From the IMG/VR virus record IMGVR_UViG_3300032116_000025: a stretch of DNA of 64,000 bases; one strand, given 5' to 3'. Origin of the DNA: a virus. Of the stretch, positions 8,465-16,300 are shown piece by piece. Numbering within the stretch: the stretch's first letter is position 1; the number at the start of each line of letters is the position of its first letter. A program made the position numbers and the translations under genes. The notes below the pieces were generated by a model that saw only the letters and a list, made by a program, of their open reading frames with translations, ran no database searches and was not told the origin of the DNA.

Positions 8465-8764
8465 ATGTGCATCCTAAACGATAGCGAGAAGGCCGCGGTA
8501 TCCGCCGCGGTCACCACCATCCTGGAGAAGGGTCTGCCCTTCACGGGTCAGTCGGTCACGCACGAGTTGCGTGACCGGGGCGTCAACCTCCCTCACAGGG
8601 AGATTTCCTCGTACACGCGGGAGATCTTCAACGGCGGAAAGATGCCTGGGTGGGCTTCCACCCAGGTCGTCCCGGGCCTTGGCCCGGTGATGTACTTCCC
8701 GGTCCCGCCGCGTAGCGCGGCGGGGATGGCGGCGGCGAAGCTTCGAAAGAAGCTGGTCCCGTGA
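8465..8764 (+). CDS. hypothetical protein
   Basis: 99 aa, SD AAGGA, GTGA overlap with the next gene. Confidence 0.75.
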   Translation: MCILNDSEKAAVSAAVTTILEKGLPFTGQSVTHELRDRGVNLPHREISSYTREIFNGGKMPGWASTQVVPGLGPVMYFPVPPRSAAGMAAAKLRKKLVP

Positions 8765-9498
8765 AGGACGGTAAGCGGCGGAGGGCGAAAGCCCTCCGCC
8801 TGCCGGACGTCCCTGCTTTCCAGCAGGCGGCGTCCATCCCGGTTAAGGGCCAAAAGCCCCTAACCCAATTGGCTGACCTGGCGCGTGAGCGTCAGGCAAA
8901 GGGGCAGGAGGACATGCGTGAGGTGCGCAGGCACCTTGAGCGCTCCTGCAAAGAGTCGGGACGGCAGAACACCTACGGCGGGGTGTTCTACAGCTACACA
9001 GTGTTGAAGCCGAAAGAGCTTCGGCACAAGGACAACACGCGGACCCTGTGGCACGGTACCGCCCTCGGCAATCTCACGAACATCCTAATACACGGATTTA
9101 GGCCTTCGTACGGAGGGCTTATGGGTCCGGGCGTCTACTTCGGTGGACGCCAGAAAGCCGAGGCATACTCAAGGGCCCCCCTCGGAGCGCTGCTCCGATG
9201 CGAGGTGGCCCTGGGCCGAACAGCGGATGCCGTTCCCTCGTGGGAGGACGCGCGCCCGCCGTACGACACCCTACACGGCGTGCCCGGCCAGACGCGCACG
9301 TATGGATCGTCCACCCTTCTTAACGAAGAATGGGCGGTCCTTGACCCTGCCCGAATCTCCATTCACGAAATTCGGGTGTTCACTGCAAATCGAGGCGAGT
9401 GTGTCCGATGCGGACGCCTTGTCAGCGATGAGCACCTTCAGTCGAGGTGGTCACCGCGCCACAAAGACTTCATCAGGCTTTGTGGCCACTGTCTGTGA
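8761..9498 (+). CDS. PARP-like (H-Y-E clade) ADP-ribosyltransferase with C-terminal CxxC..CxxC finger
   Basis: LWHGT, GLMGPGVYF, KAEAYS, LLRCEVALG, NEEWAV motifs; CVRC...CGHC at the C-terminus. Confidence 0.8.
   Translation: MKDGKRRRAKALRLPDVPAFQQAASIPVKGQKPLTQLADLARERQAKGQEDMREVRRHLERSCKESGRQNTYGGVFYSYTVLKPKELRHKDNTRTLWHGTALGNLTNILIHGFRPSYGGLMGPGVYFGGRQKAEAYSRAPLGALLRCEVALGRTADAVPSWEDARPPYDTLHGVPGQTRTYGSSTLLNEEWAVLDPARISIHEIRVFTANRGECVRCGRLVSDEHLQSRWSPRHKDFIRLCGHCL
8868..8898 (+). repeat. 31-bp exact direct repeat, copy 2
   Basis: Identical to 7741-7771; encodes LADLARERQA in both genes. Confidence 0.9.
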
Positions 9499-9503
9499 GT
9501 AAT

Positions 9504-9544
9504 GCGGCCTCCCCATAACGGGTTGAGGCCGCTTTACTTTTGCT
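9504..9544 (+). terminator. bulged hairpin terminator + TTTTGCT
   Basis: GCGGCCTC-CCC-ATAAC-GGG-[TT]-GAGGCCGC. Confidence 0.75.
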
Positions 9545-9565
9545 CCCAAAATATGCGCCGTTTCT

Positions 9566-9573
9566 CGTATAAG
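9566..9573 (+). promoter_or_regulatory. CGTATAAG variant promoter core ahead of the tRNA array
   Basis: Variant of the octamer, ending 21 nt before tRNA-Thr. Confidence 0.55.
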
Positions 9574-9594
9574 ATATTGCGGCTCAACTTACCT

Positions 9595-9666
9595 GCCCCC
9601 TTAGCTCAGCGGTAGAGCAACGGTTTTGTAAACCGTAGGTCGTCGGTTCAATCCCGACAGGGGGCT
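9595..9666 (+). tRNA. tRNA-Thr(TGT)
   Basis: Cloverleaf with acceptor GCCCCCT/AGGGGGC, anticodon arm ACGGT-TT-TGT-AA-ACCGT and TTCAA T-loop; no encoded CCA. Confidence 0.95.
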
Positions 9667-9669
9667 CAC

Positions 9670-9750
9670 GCGGGAATGGCGGAATGGCAGACGCACCAGA
9701 CTTAGGATCTGGCGCCGAAAGGTGTGGGGGTTCAAATCCCCCTTCCCGCA
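9670..9750 (+). tRNA. tRNA-Leu(TAG)
   Basis: Anticodon arm CCAGA-CT-TAG-GA-TCTGG; long variable arm. Confidence 0.95.
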
Positions 9751-9754
9751 CAAA

Positions 9755-9828
9755 CGGGGTGTAGCACAGCCTGGTAGTGCGCCAGCTTTGGGAGCTGGAA
9801 GTCGCAGGTTCAAATCCTGTCGCCCCGA
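9755..9828 (+). tRNA. tRNA-Pro(TGG)
   Basis: Anticodon arm CCAGC-TT-TGG-GA-GCTGG; acceptor CGGGGTG/CGCCCCG. Confidence 0.95.
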
Positions 9829-9842
9829 CTAAGGAGGTACGA

Positions 9843-10343
9843 ATGAAAAAGGTAATGGCCGCTCTCATGATGGCCTACGCCTCTACCGCAGAGGCCCAAG
9901 ACCCCTACGAACTAGGCCGCCGTGATCCTGCTCTGCTACTGGGCCAAGCTCTAGTAGCAGAAGCAGGATGGCGGTTTCACGCAGATCATCTTGCAATACC
10001 CTGGGTTATTTCTCGCCGGGCAACCCTTCCGGCATTTCGCCGAGCGTCAAACCCAGAGGTCGCAGCGTTGATTGCTTACGTCTCAGCGTTAAAGTGCGCC
10101 GATCCCGCTCGTCGGTGCGACTCTGAACGGCGTCGCCGGATGCGATCTATAACTTGGGGGATGCTTGACTCCCTTGCCCCGAAGATTGCGCGCGTTGCCC
10201 GTGATTGGTTCGGGGGTCGTCGTCATCCAGACCCCTGCCCAGACGCCTGGCACTGGGGCAGTGGGTTGCGCCGTTCGTCTCAGTTGGTTGTGCAGTGCGG
10301 GCACACGACTAACACGTTTCTTGGCAGACCCGTCTACCCGTAA
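9843..10343 (+). CDS. secreted protein, possible SleB/Hydrolase_2-like cell-wall hydrolase
   Basis: SD AAGGAGG; signal peptide MKKVMAALMMAYASTAEA; LLGQALVAEAG...AIPWVISRR resembles the SleB-type catalytic Glu helix. Confidence 0.55.
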   Translation: MKKVMAALMMAYASTAEAQDPYELGRRDPALLLGQALVAEAGWRFHADHLAIPWVISRRATLPAFRRASNPEVAALIAYVSALKCADPARRCDSERRRRMRSITWGMLDSLAPKIARVARDWFGGRRHPDPCPDAWHWGSGLRRSSQLVVQCGHTTNTFLGRPVYP

Positions 10344-10363
10344 ACCGCCACACAAGGAACAGA

Positions 10364-10915
10364 ATGCCTAACTGGTGCAGCAACCACGGATTCATCAAGC
10401 TTCCAACCAACGCTTCTCCAGAGGCTGTTGCGGCGTTTAGGGCGCTAAGCAAGGTCGAGGATGACAAAGATGAGTGGTTCGCTAAGGTGCTCCCGTGCCC
10501 CCCTGAAGCGGACTGGTACGAATGGCGGATCCGCCGTTACGGAACAAAATGGGACGTAACCCCCTCGCTTGCCGTAACGGACGACCAGATCAACTTCTCG
10601 TTTGAGTCGGCGTGGGCTCCGCCGCTAGAGTTTTTCAAGCATCTCGCGGAGACCTACGGCCTTCACTACCAGATTCAGTACTCAGAGCCGGGCTGCTGCT
10701 TCGGCGGTACCGCGTCCTACGACGGGGATTTTCAAGACAAGTACGTTGAAAACGAGGAGTACCTCGTCGCGGCGGTGGATGAGTTTGGCGAGCCGATAGA
10801 GTCGGTCCTGTGCGTCGAATCGTACGAGTCCTTCGACGCTTTCTGTAAGGCTCACAAAATTGATAGCCCAAGGCTCAAAGACTTGGTACGAGATTATTAC
10901 CGCGACCACAACTAG
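10364..10915 (+). CDS. DUF1281/YubB (Api92-like ferredoxin-like) protein
   Basis: MPNWCSN, WYEWRI..YGTKWD, FESAWAPP, YSEPG..FGG motifs. Confidence 0.8.
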   Translation: MPNWCSNHGFIKLPTNASPEAVAAFRALSKVEDDKDEWFAKVLPCPPEADWYEWRIRRYGTKWDVTPSLAVTDDQINFSFESAWAPPLEFFKHLAETYGLHYQIQYSEPGCCFGGTASYDGDFQDKYVENEEYLVAAVDEFGEPIESVLCVESYESFDAFCKAHKIDSPRLKDLVRDYYRDHN

Positions 10916-10921
10916 TGGTCG

Positions 10922-11006
10922 GGAGGAGTGGCCGAGTGGTCTAAGGCAGCGGTTTTGAAAACCGCCGTGGGGCAACCCACCAGGGGTTCGAATCCCTTCT
11001 CCTCCG
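10922..11006 (+). tRNA. tRNA-Ser(TGA)
   Basis: Anticodon arm GCGGT-TT-TGA-AA-ACCGC; long variable arm GTGGG-GCAA-CCCAC. Confidence 0.95.
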
Positions 11007-11011
11007 CTCGT

Positions 11012-11204
11012 GCCCGCCAACCACGGGCTAGTGAGGGTGGAATACCTCATGAAGAAGCGGGGTGGTTCCCGTACGTTAGATAGCCCCGGACCCCGGAGGG
11101 GTCGGAGGCGTACAGCCCGTAAGCGGTTCTGGCTGGAGGTCGTTTGGCTGGAGGCGAAAGCCGATGAAAGTCGAGTAGCCGACGAAGGTCAACCGTACTG
11201 TACG
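11012..11204 (+). ncRNA. putative structured ncRNA of unknown family (A)
   Basis: Fills the Ser-Val spacer with successive hairpins, complementary loops (AACCA/TGGTT) and a long nested stem closed by CGTACAG/CTGTACG. Confidence 0.55.
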
Positions 11205-11208
11205 AACT

Positions 11209-11280
11209 GCGGGAATAGCTCAGGGGTAGAGCGCCTCCTTTACACGGAGGAAGTCGGGGGTTCGAAACCCTCTTCCCGTA
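11209..11280 (+). tRNA. tRNA-Val(TAC)
   Basis: Anticodon arm CCTCC-TT-TAC-AC-GGAGG. Confidence 0.95.
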
Positions 11281-11284
11281 CTAA

Positions 11285-11370
11285 GCGAGCGTGGCGAAAT
11301 CGGCATACGCAGCGGATTTAAAATCCGCGGGGCCGCAAGGCTCGTGAGGGTTCAAACCCCTCCGCTCGCA
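11285..11370 (+). tRNA. tRNA-Leu(TAA)
   Basis: Anticodon arm GCGGA-TT-TAA-AA-TCCGC; long variable arm. Confidence 0.95.
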
Positions 11371-11377
11371 CTGTTAG

Positions 11378-11543
11378 TCCCGGTGAGGTGAGATCGGTCT
11401 CTCAGGAGACTAGGGCACCGGGATGGTAGTCAGATGAGCAACGTCGCTGTTGACCACGCGAAAGCGTACGAGGCGCGCCAAGTCGTCTGGCGAAAGGCAC
11501 ACCGGAAGGTGGCAAAGCCCAAGCCGTGGATATGCTGCACGGC
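11378..11543 (+). ncRNA. putative structured ncRNA of unknown family (B)
   Basis: TCCCGGTG/CACCGGGA stem with inner GGTCTC-TCAG-GAGACT, then ACGC-GAAA-GCGT, CGCCA/TGGCG, CACC-GGAA-GGTG and GCCGTG/CACGGC. Confidence 0.4.
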
Positions 11544-11547
11544 ATTA

Positions 11548-11619
11548 GGGATCGTAGATCAGTGGTAGATCAGCGGGCTTTTAACCCGTAGGTCGTGGGT
11601 TCGATCCCCACCGGTCCCA
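11548..11619 (+). tRNA. tRNA-Lys(TTT)
   Basis: Anticodon arm GCGGG-CT-TTT-AA-CCCGT. Confidence 0.93.
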
Positions 11620-11623
11620 CTTC

Positions 11624-11694
11624 TCGGGGTTCGTCTAAGGGCAGGACATCGGCCTTTGAAGCCGCGAATGATGGTTCGATTCCATCACCCCGAA
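11624..11694 (+). tRNA. tRNA-Gln(TTG)
   Basis: Acceptor TCGGGGT/ACCCCGA; anticodon arm CGGC-CT-TTG-AA-GCCG. Confidence 0.92.
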
Positions 11695-11708
11695 TCAGGT
11701 TACCACCT

Positions 11709-11748
11709 AACGCGCACTAGCCCCTCCCTAGTGCGCGTTTCTTTTGCC
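11709..11748 (+). terminator. hairpin terminator of the tRNA operon + TTTTGCC
   Basis: AACGCGCACTAG-CCCCTCC-CTAGTGCGCGTT. Confidence 0.85.
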
Positions 11749-11768
11749 CAAAATTTAAGGGGTTTCCG

Positions 11769-11776
11769 CCTATAAG
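11769..11776 (+). promoter_or_regulatory. CCTATAAG putative phage promoter core
   Basis: Upstream of SD AGGAGG and the ATG at 11792. Confidence 0.7.
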
Positions 11777-11791
11777 AAGATAGGAGGAAAC

Positions 11792-11986
11792 ATGCACCAC
11801 AACGAGTTCAAGTGCGATACCTGTGGGTCCGAGATGAGCCTCGTTTTGTACGGGGCAGGCAACTGCCCCGGCTGCCCGGGAGATATGTCATGCGCGCTCG
11901 AGGCGCGCTGCGACCGGTGCAACCCGCCGCCACCGCCGAAGCCGCGGTACGTGCCGCCGCCGGAGCCCCCCACCGATTACTGGTGA
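11792..11986 (+). CDS. small Cys-rich (Zn-binding) protein with Pro-rich tail
   Basis: CDTC, CPGC, CDRC; strong SD; has its own promoter motif and terminator. Confidence 0.75.
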   Translation: MHHNEFKCDTCGSEMSLVLYGAGNCPGCPGDMSCALEARCDRCNPPPPPKPRYVPPPEPPTDYW

Positions 11987-11995
11987 GGGGCCGCG

Positions 11996-12038
11996 CGCCC
12001 TGCTCCCCGAAAGGGTTGAGCGGGGCGTTTCTTTTGCC
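11996..12038 (+). terminator. bulged hairpin terminator + TTTTGCC
   Basis: CGCCCTGCTC-CCC-GAAA-GGG-[TT]-GAGCGGGGCG. Confidence 0.8.
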
Positions 12039-12045
12039 AATACGG

Positions 12046-12053
12046 CCTATAAG
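12046..12053 (+). promoter_or_regulatory. CCTATAAG putative phage promoter core
   Basis: Upstream of SD AAGGAGG and the GTG at 12072. Confidence 0.7.
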
Positions 12054-12071
12054 CAGACGAAGGAGGGTTGA

Positions 12072-12254
12072 GTGTCTGCCCTAAAGAACTACTACAAAGC
12101 GTGTACCCGCGCGGCAATCGCAGTCGAAAACAATGACAAGGCTGAAGAGCTGGCGGCGCTGGAGCTGGTAAAAACTACGTGGAGTGAGTTACAGAAGGAG
12201 GATCCCAGACTCGCGAAGTTCCTCACGCAAACTGGGATTGACCCGCCAAAGTAA
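12072..12254 (+). CDS. hypothetical protein
   Basis: 60 aa, strong SD. Confidence 0.7.
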   Translation: MSALKNYYKACTRAAIAVENNDKAEELAALELVKTTWSELQKEDPRLAKFLTQTGIDPPK

Positions 12255-12255
12255 A

Positions 12256-12295
12256 ATAGGGCTGGACACATCGTGTCCAGCCCTATCTTTTTGCC
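12256..12295. terminator. hairpin terminator between convergent genes (+ TTTTTGCC)
   Basis: ATAGGGCTGGACAC-ATC-GTGTCCAGCCCTAT. Confidence 0.85.
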
Positions 12296-12304
12296 TAGGT
12301 AAGC

Positions 12305-13024
12305 TCAGGCCATCTGCTCTAGCGTGATGTTCTGCACCGCGATCGGAATCGCTAGCTCAAACTGCACGGCAACCGACTCCTGAACGATGACGCCCTGCGC
12401 GTCTGTCGCAAAGGTGTGGTTGGGGATGTAGCAGCTCTCAAGGTAGAAAGCGCCGTAGGTCTTGAGGTTGGAGTCCTTGACCATGATCAGCAAGCCGATG
12501 GGCTGGCTAAACAGGTCCGAGGCAAGGTTGATGTAGAAGTTCTCGTAGCCCGGGGGCACAACGACGTTGTGCGGGTTAGGCATCGCCGCCGCACCCGGGT
12601 TCGGGAACACCGGGGGGATCTCCGTCGGCAGCTGCGTGTCCGTGTAGTAGGCATAAAGCACCCGTAGGATGCTTGGGCCGTGGTACAGGATGCGCGAAAG
12701 GCCGAGCTGGCCAATCGTGCGGCCCGAGATGAAGTACGACCGCTCCGAGCCAAGCTCGAAGATACGGCTGAACTGCCGGTTGTGGCTAAGGTTGATGTTC
12801 TGCGTAACACCAATCGGGTAAACGATGGTGGACCCGCCCGCGGGGGTAGAAATCGCGGGTGTGAACCCAAGAACACCGCCTACCGAAGCCAGCCGTGACG
12901 GGCCAGCAAAGATTCCGCAGAAGGCGCCGGAGACGAACTGCCCGTCCACCATGCCCGGGCCTTCACCTCCCGTCTGGACGTAGTTCTCGTAGGGCTTCCA
13001 GTTAGCGTAACTAGCGTTAGCCAT
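12305..13024 (-). CDS. tail tube protein (putative)
   Basis: Downstream of the sheath gene; IGVTQNINLS..RQFSRIFELGSERSYFISGRT and YLESCYI...ESVAVQFE tube-like patterns. Confidence 0.7.
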   Translation of the reverse strand: MANASYANWKPYENYVQTGGEGPGMVDGQFVSGAFCGIFAGPSRLASVGGVLGFTPAISTPAGGSTIVYPIGVTQNINLSHNRQFSRIFELGSERSYFISGRTIGQLGLSRILYHGPSILRVLYAYYTDTQLPTEIPPVFPNPGAAAMPNPHNVVVPPGYENFYINLASDLFSQPIGLLIMVKDSNLKTYGAFYLESCYIPNHTFATDAQGVIVQESVAVQFELAIPIAVQNITLEQMA

Positions 13025-13044
13025 GATCTTCTCCTAGCGGGCCT

Positions 13045-13362
13045 TCAGCCCTTCACATCTTGAAGAAATGCGTCAACGGTACGCTGACCGGCGAGCATCA
13101 TTTCCGCCAGCTTCATGCTTACTTTGTGCTCGCGCAGCTTCTCTTCTGCGCGCTCCCGCTTGCTGCGGGCAATCTCCTCGACAACCTCTCGCGGAGACCG
13201 CCCGCCAGCCACAAAGTCCATGCCCGACTCCTTGCTTTGCAGCTCGGCACGCTCTGAGGCTTCCTCGTCCTGACGGCTGCGGTGCTCTGTAAGCTCCACA
13301 ACAAGGGCGTCGTCTAGCGCCTGAGCGTGCTGGCTGTACTTGAAGTCGTCCATGGTGCTCAC
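13045..13362 (-). CDS. hypothetical virion-associated protein
   Basis: 105 aa between sheath and tube genes; translationally coupled to the sheath stop. Confidence 0.7.
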   Translation of the reverse strand: MSTMDDFKYSQHAQALDDALVVELTEHRSRQDEEASERAELQSKESGMDFVAGGRSPREVVEEIARSKRERAEEKLREHKVSMKLAEMMLAGQRTVDAFLQDVKG

Positions 13363-16300
13363 ACCACCAGAGTAACCTGGATGTAGTTAAGCGGGTAGAA
13401 GACGCCCACAGTGACGTCGATCTCAAGCCGCGTGGGATCAGTCGCGTTCTGGCGAATCGCGTTGATCTCAAACGACTCAAAGACGCTCAGGCGGATGAGG
13501 AAGTTCCGCAACCCCTCCATCGTGGTGGTAATCGCGTCCTGTACCGAGGTGGTGATGTTGAACCGCCCGATAAAGTTGCGAAGCGAGGCGCGAATCAGCT
13601 TGGAGGCAAAGTCGAGCGCCGTGGTGATCGAGAACTCGCGCTTCTCAACGGTGCTCATGTCGGTTGTGAGCTGGTGGCGGGTCCGAACAGGCTGGCCATC
13701 GGCCTCCTGGTAGAACACCCACAGACCACTGCCAGACAGGATCTTGAGTTGCGCCTCGGAGTAACGGTCCTGGCTACCCACGACGCCGGTGAACCCGACA
13801 AGCGTGGACTCCGTCATGGGCTCCTGCGGAAGCTTGGCGCTTGTCTTACCAGCCAACGCGCAGGACAGGTAGTAGCCGTCGATAAGCGTCTCTAGCCCGT
13901 CCAAGGTCGCCTTGGCCTGGGCAGGAGCAGTTGCGATCACGCGACGGTCACGATAGCCGAGGGCCAGCTCGCCGTAAGCAACCGCCTCTTCGGTGCGGTT
14001 AGCGATGAGCGCACCACGAATCTTGACCGTGAATGGACGGTCAACAATCGAGGCGGTGAACACAGGGCTACCGGGAGCGTAGTAGAACCCGTCATCGTTG
14101 CCCGCCGTAAGCGGGCCGTCGTTGATTGTTACCTGGCCGCCGGATACCGACTGAACCAGGTACTTGTTGGTGTCATCCTCGAACTCCAGGTAGACGGGAA
14201 CGTCTACCGTGGACGCGGGGTTGTACGGACCCGGGTAGCCTAGGGCAGCCAGGAGAGCCTGTAGGTTGGCGATGCCAGTCTCGACTACGTTTGACGTCGG
14301 GGCAGCAGTTACGTTGCCAAGGGGGCCGCTCGCGACAAGCGTAGAAGACTTACGCGTCGGGCGGCTGGGGTTGAGCATGAGCACGCGCTCAAGCCCGTTA
14401 GCCGGGAGGCTCATCTCGTCTACGTGAACCTGTCCGACAAGGCCCACCTCACCCGAGTGGGTGAGGGGTGCGATGGCGTACACGTCCTTAGACTCGATGA
14501 ACTCAAACGCGCGGGTATACGCGTCGAGGGTGCCCTCGGGCTCCGTGGTTGACGTGTCGTCGACGCCCACGCCGGTAACCTCTAGCCCAGGGGCGTTGAG
14601 GATGGCGAAGTACATGCCCAGACCCAGCGGATTCTGGGTGTCGATGGGAGATAGCTGCGCCTCAAGGTCGGCCACACTGCCGATTCGAAGGAGGTTGAAG
14701 TCCTCCGTCGCGGGGCTCACGTCCTTACGGAGCGCGGTGTACCCTAGGTAGATCGCTAGCGGACCTGCTACCGTGGGAGTTCCGCCAGAATCGCGGAAGA
14801 TGTTGTGCTTGACCCGAACCGTGCCCGAGTCGGTGTCAATGTACAGGTCCGAGCTGGGGCGAGTCGTGGTCCAGAGGTCGTTGTCCAGGCCCTTGGCGAC
14901 GACGTACCAGCTTGTTCCCGTGTAGGTGAGCAGCTGCTCCGCCGAGATACGCAGACGGTTGGAGACGCCCGTGGGAATCTCGGTAACCTGACCCAAGCGG
15001 ATGCCGTCTACCCACACCTCGTCGCCCACAGCCGGGGCGAACGCGGTACCGTAAACAGCCGAGGTGCCCGTAGACGCAGCCGCGCCGAATGGGCCACCAA
15101 GACCCGTTAGGCCGACGGTGGAGAGCATCGTGGCGTCAGAGGCGTCCTTGTCGATAAGGATGACGCTTTCCTTGCCCCGGATGGTTACGCCACCCGTAGA
15201 CGAGACGCTACGAAGAACCAGCTGGTTATCAAACGTAGAGATAGACGCTACGTTTGCTCCCCAAAGCGTGTTGATGGCCGCAACAAGGGTCGCGCCCGAA
15301 ACAACCGATGTGGGCATAACAAGCTGCTGCCAGTAGTCGCCGTCAAGCGACATGCGCAGAACCTTGCCCTGAACGTCGGTAGCCCAGGTAGCTACGGATG
15401 TTAGGTCGACAACCCCTAGCGCACGCGCAAAGCCCGGCTTTGGGCCGCCGTACAGGCTGGGAAGTAGCCCGATGACGCCAAAGCCGATCGAGCTTCCGCC
15501 GGTAACAGGACCAATCTGGATGCTACCAGCACAGGTAGCGCCAGGCGCGGTGCTGCTGGTGATAACCGGGCGGTTGCTTGCGTTAAGGACTGCTGTTGCG
15601 CCCGTTAACCCAGCGTTTAGCTGCGAAATAGCTCCCGCAGCGTCTACCGGGTTGGCAAACGTGATGTTATTGAGAACACCGTCGACGTATACTTCAAGCG
15701 TAAACGTGCCAAAGTCGGCGGGGTAAGTAAGCGTAGTCCAGTCCACGGTGCCCGTGACGCTGGCATTGCGAGCCTGGAACTCCGCTCCGGTAAACTGAAG
15801 GTACGGAGAAAGGTTGTCGCCGTCACCGTCGTTGATGACCGACACCGCGGTTCCGGCGCCGTCAAGGAAGGTCTCGGTCTTGAGCGCCTCCCGCACGTTC
15901 CCGGCACCGTTGTTGATGAACACGCGGACCGTAGCGTAGTCAATCGTAAGATCGCTAAGGTTGCTACGGGGGTCCGGGTAGTCCGAAAGCTGCGGCTCAA
16001 ACGAGAAGAAGTTGGTGTACCCCAGACGACCTACCGCCTTGTACCCGGGCAGTAGGTTGAAGCCTGTACCGGGCCACGCCGTAGCGAGGAGAGCCGCCGA
16101 GGTCGTCGTCCCAACCGCAATGGTGGCATTCTCGCCCTTCGCAGTTGTGCGAAGAACGACGCGGGAGCTACCACCGCTCTCCTCTACCTCTGCAAGGAGG
16201 CCGGTGATCTCCTCGTCGTTGATAGCTTGGGCTACCTGGGCAGGAGTCTTGTTTGCAGGCAGCGCCGCAAACGTAATCCCTACTTCAGCAGCGTTATCTA

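Noticed and set aside
9584-11321. ORFs 9584..9868, 9601..9813, 10682..11050, 11010..11321 and the 9777 start
   Set aside because: They overlap clear tRNA genes and are shadow ORFs.
9670-11370. Suppressor tRNAs or stop-codon recoding suggested by TAG, TGA and TAA triplets
   Set aside because: These are anticodons reading CTA, TCA and TTA. Long genes are intact in the standard code and all three stops are used.
11395-11432. Group I intron core (GAGACTA...TAGTC resembling P7)
   Set aside because: Only about 14 nt separate the two strands, too little for P3 and P8, and no interrupted exon is evident.
11012-11543. Known ribozymes or riboswitches (HDV-like/theta, hammerhead, pistol, glycine, c-di-GMP-I), RNase P, tmRNA, SRP
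   Set aside because: Only fragmentary resemblances; I could not build any full consensus core by eye. An Rfam scan is needed.
1355-12053. TTGCC as a -35 element for TATAAG
   Set aside because: Spacing is highly variable, and the motif also occurs where no promoter follows.
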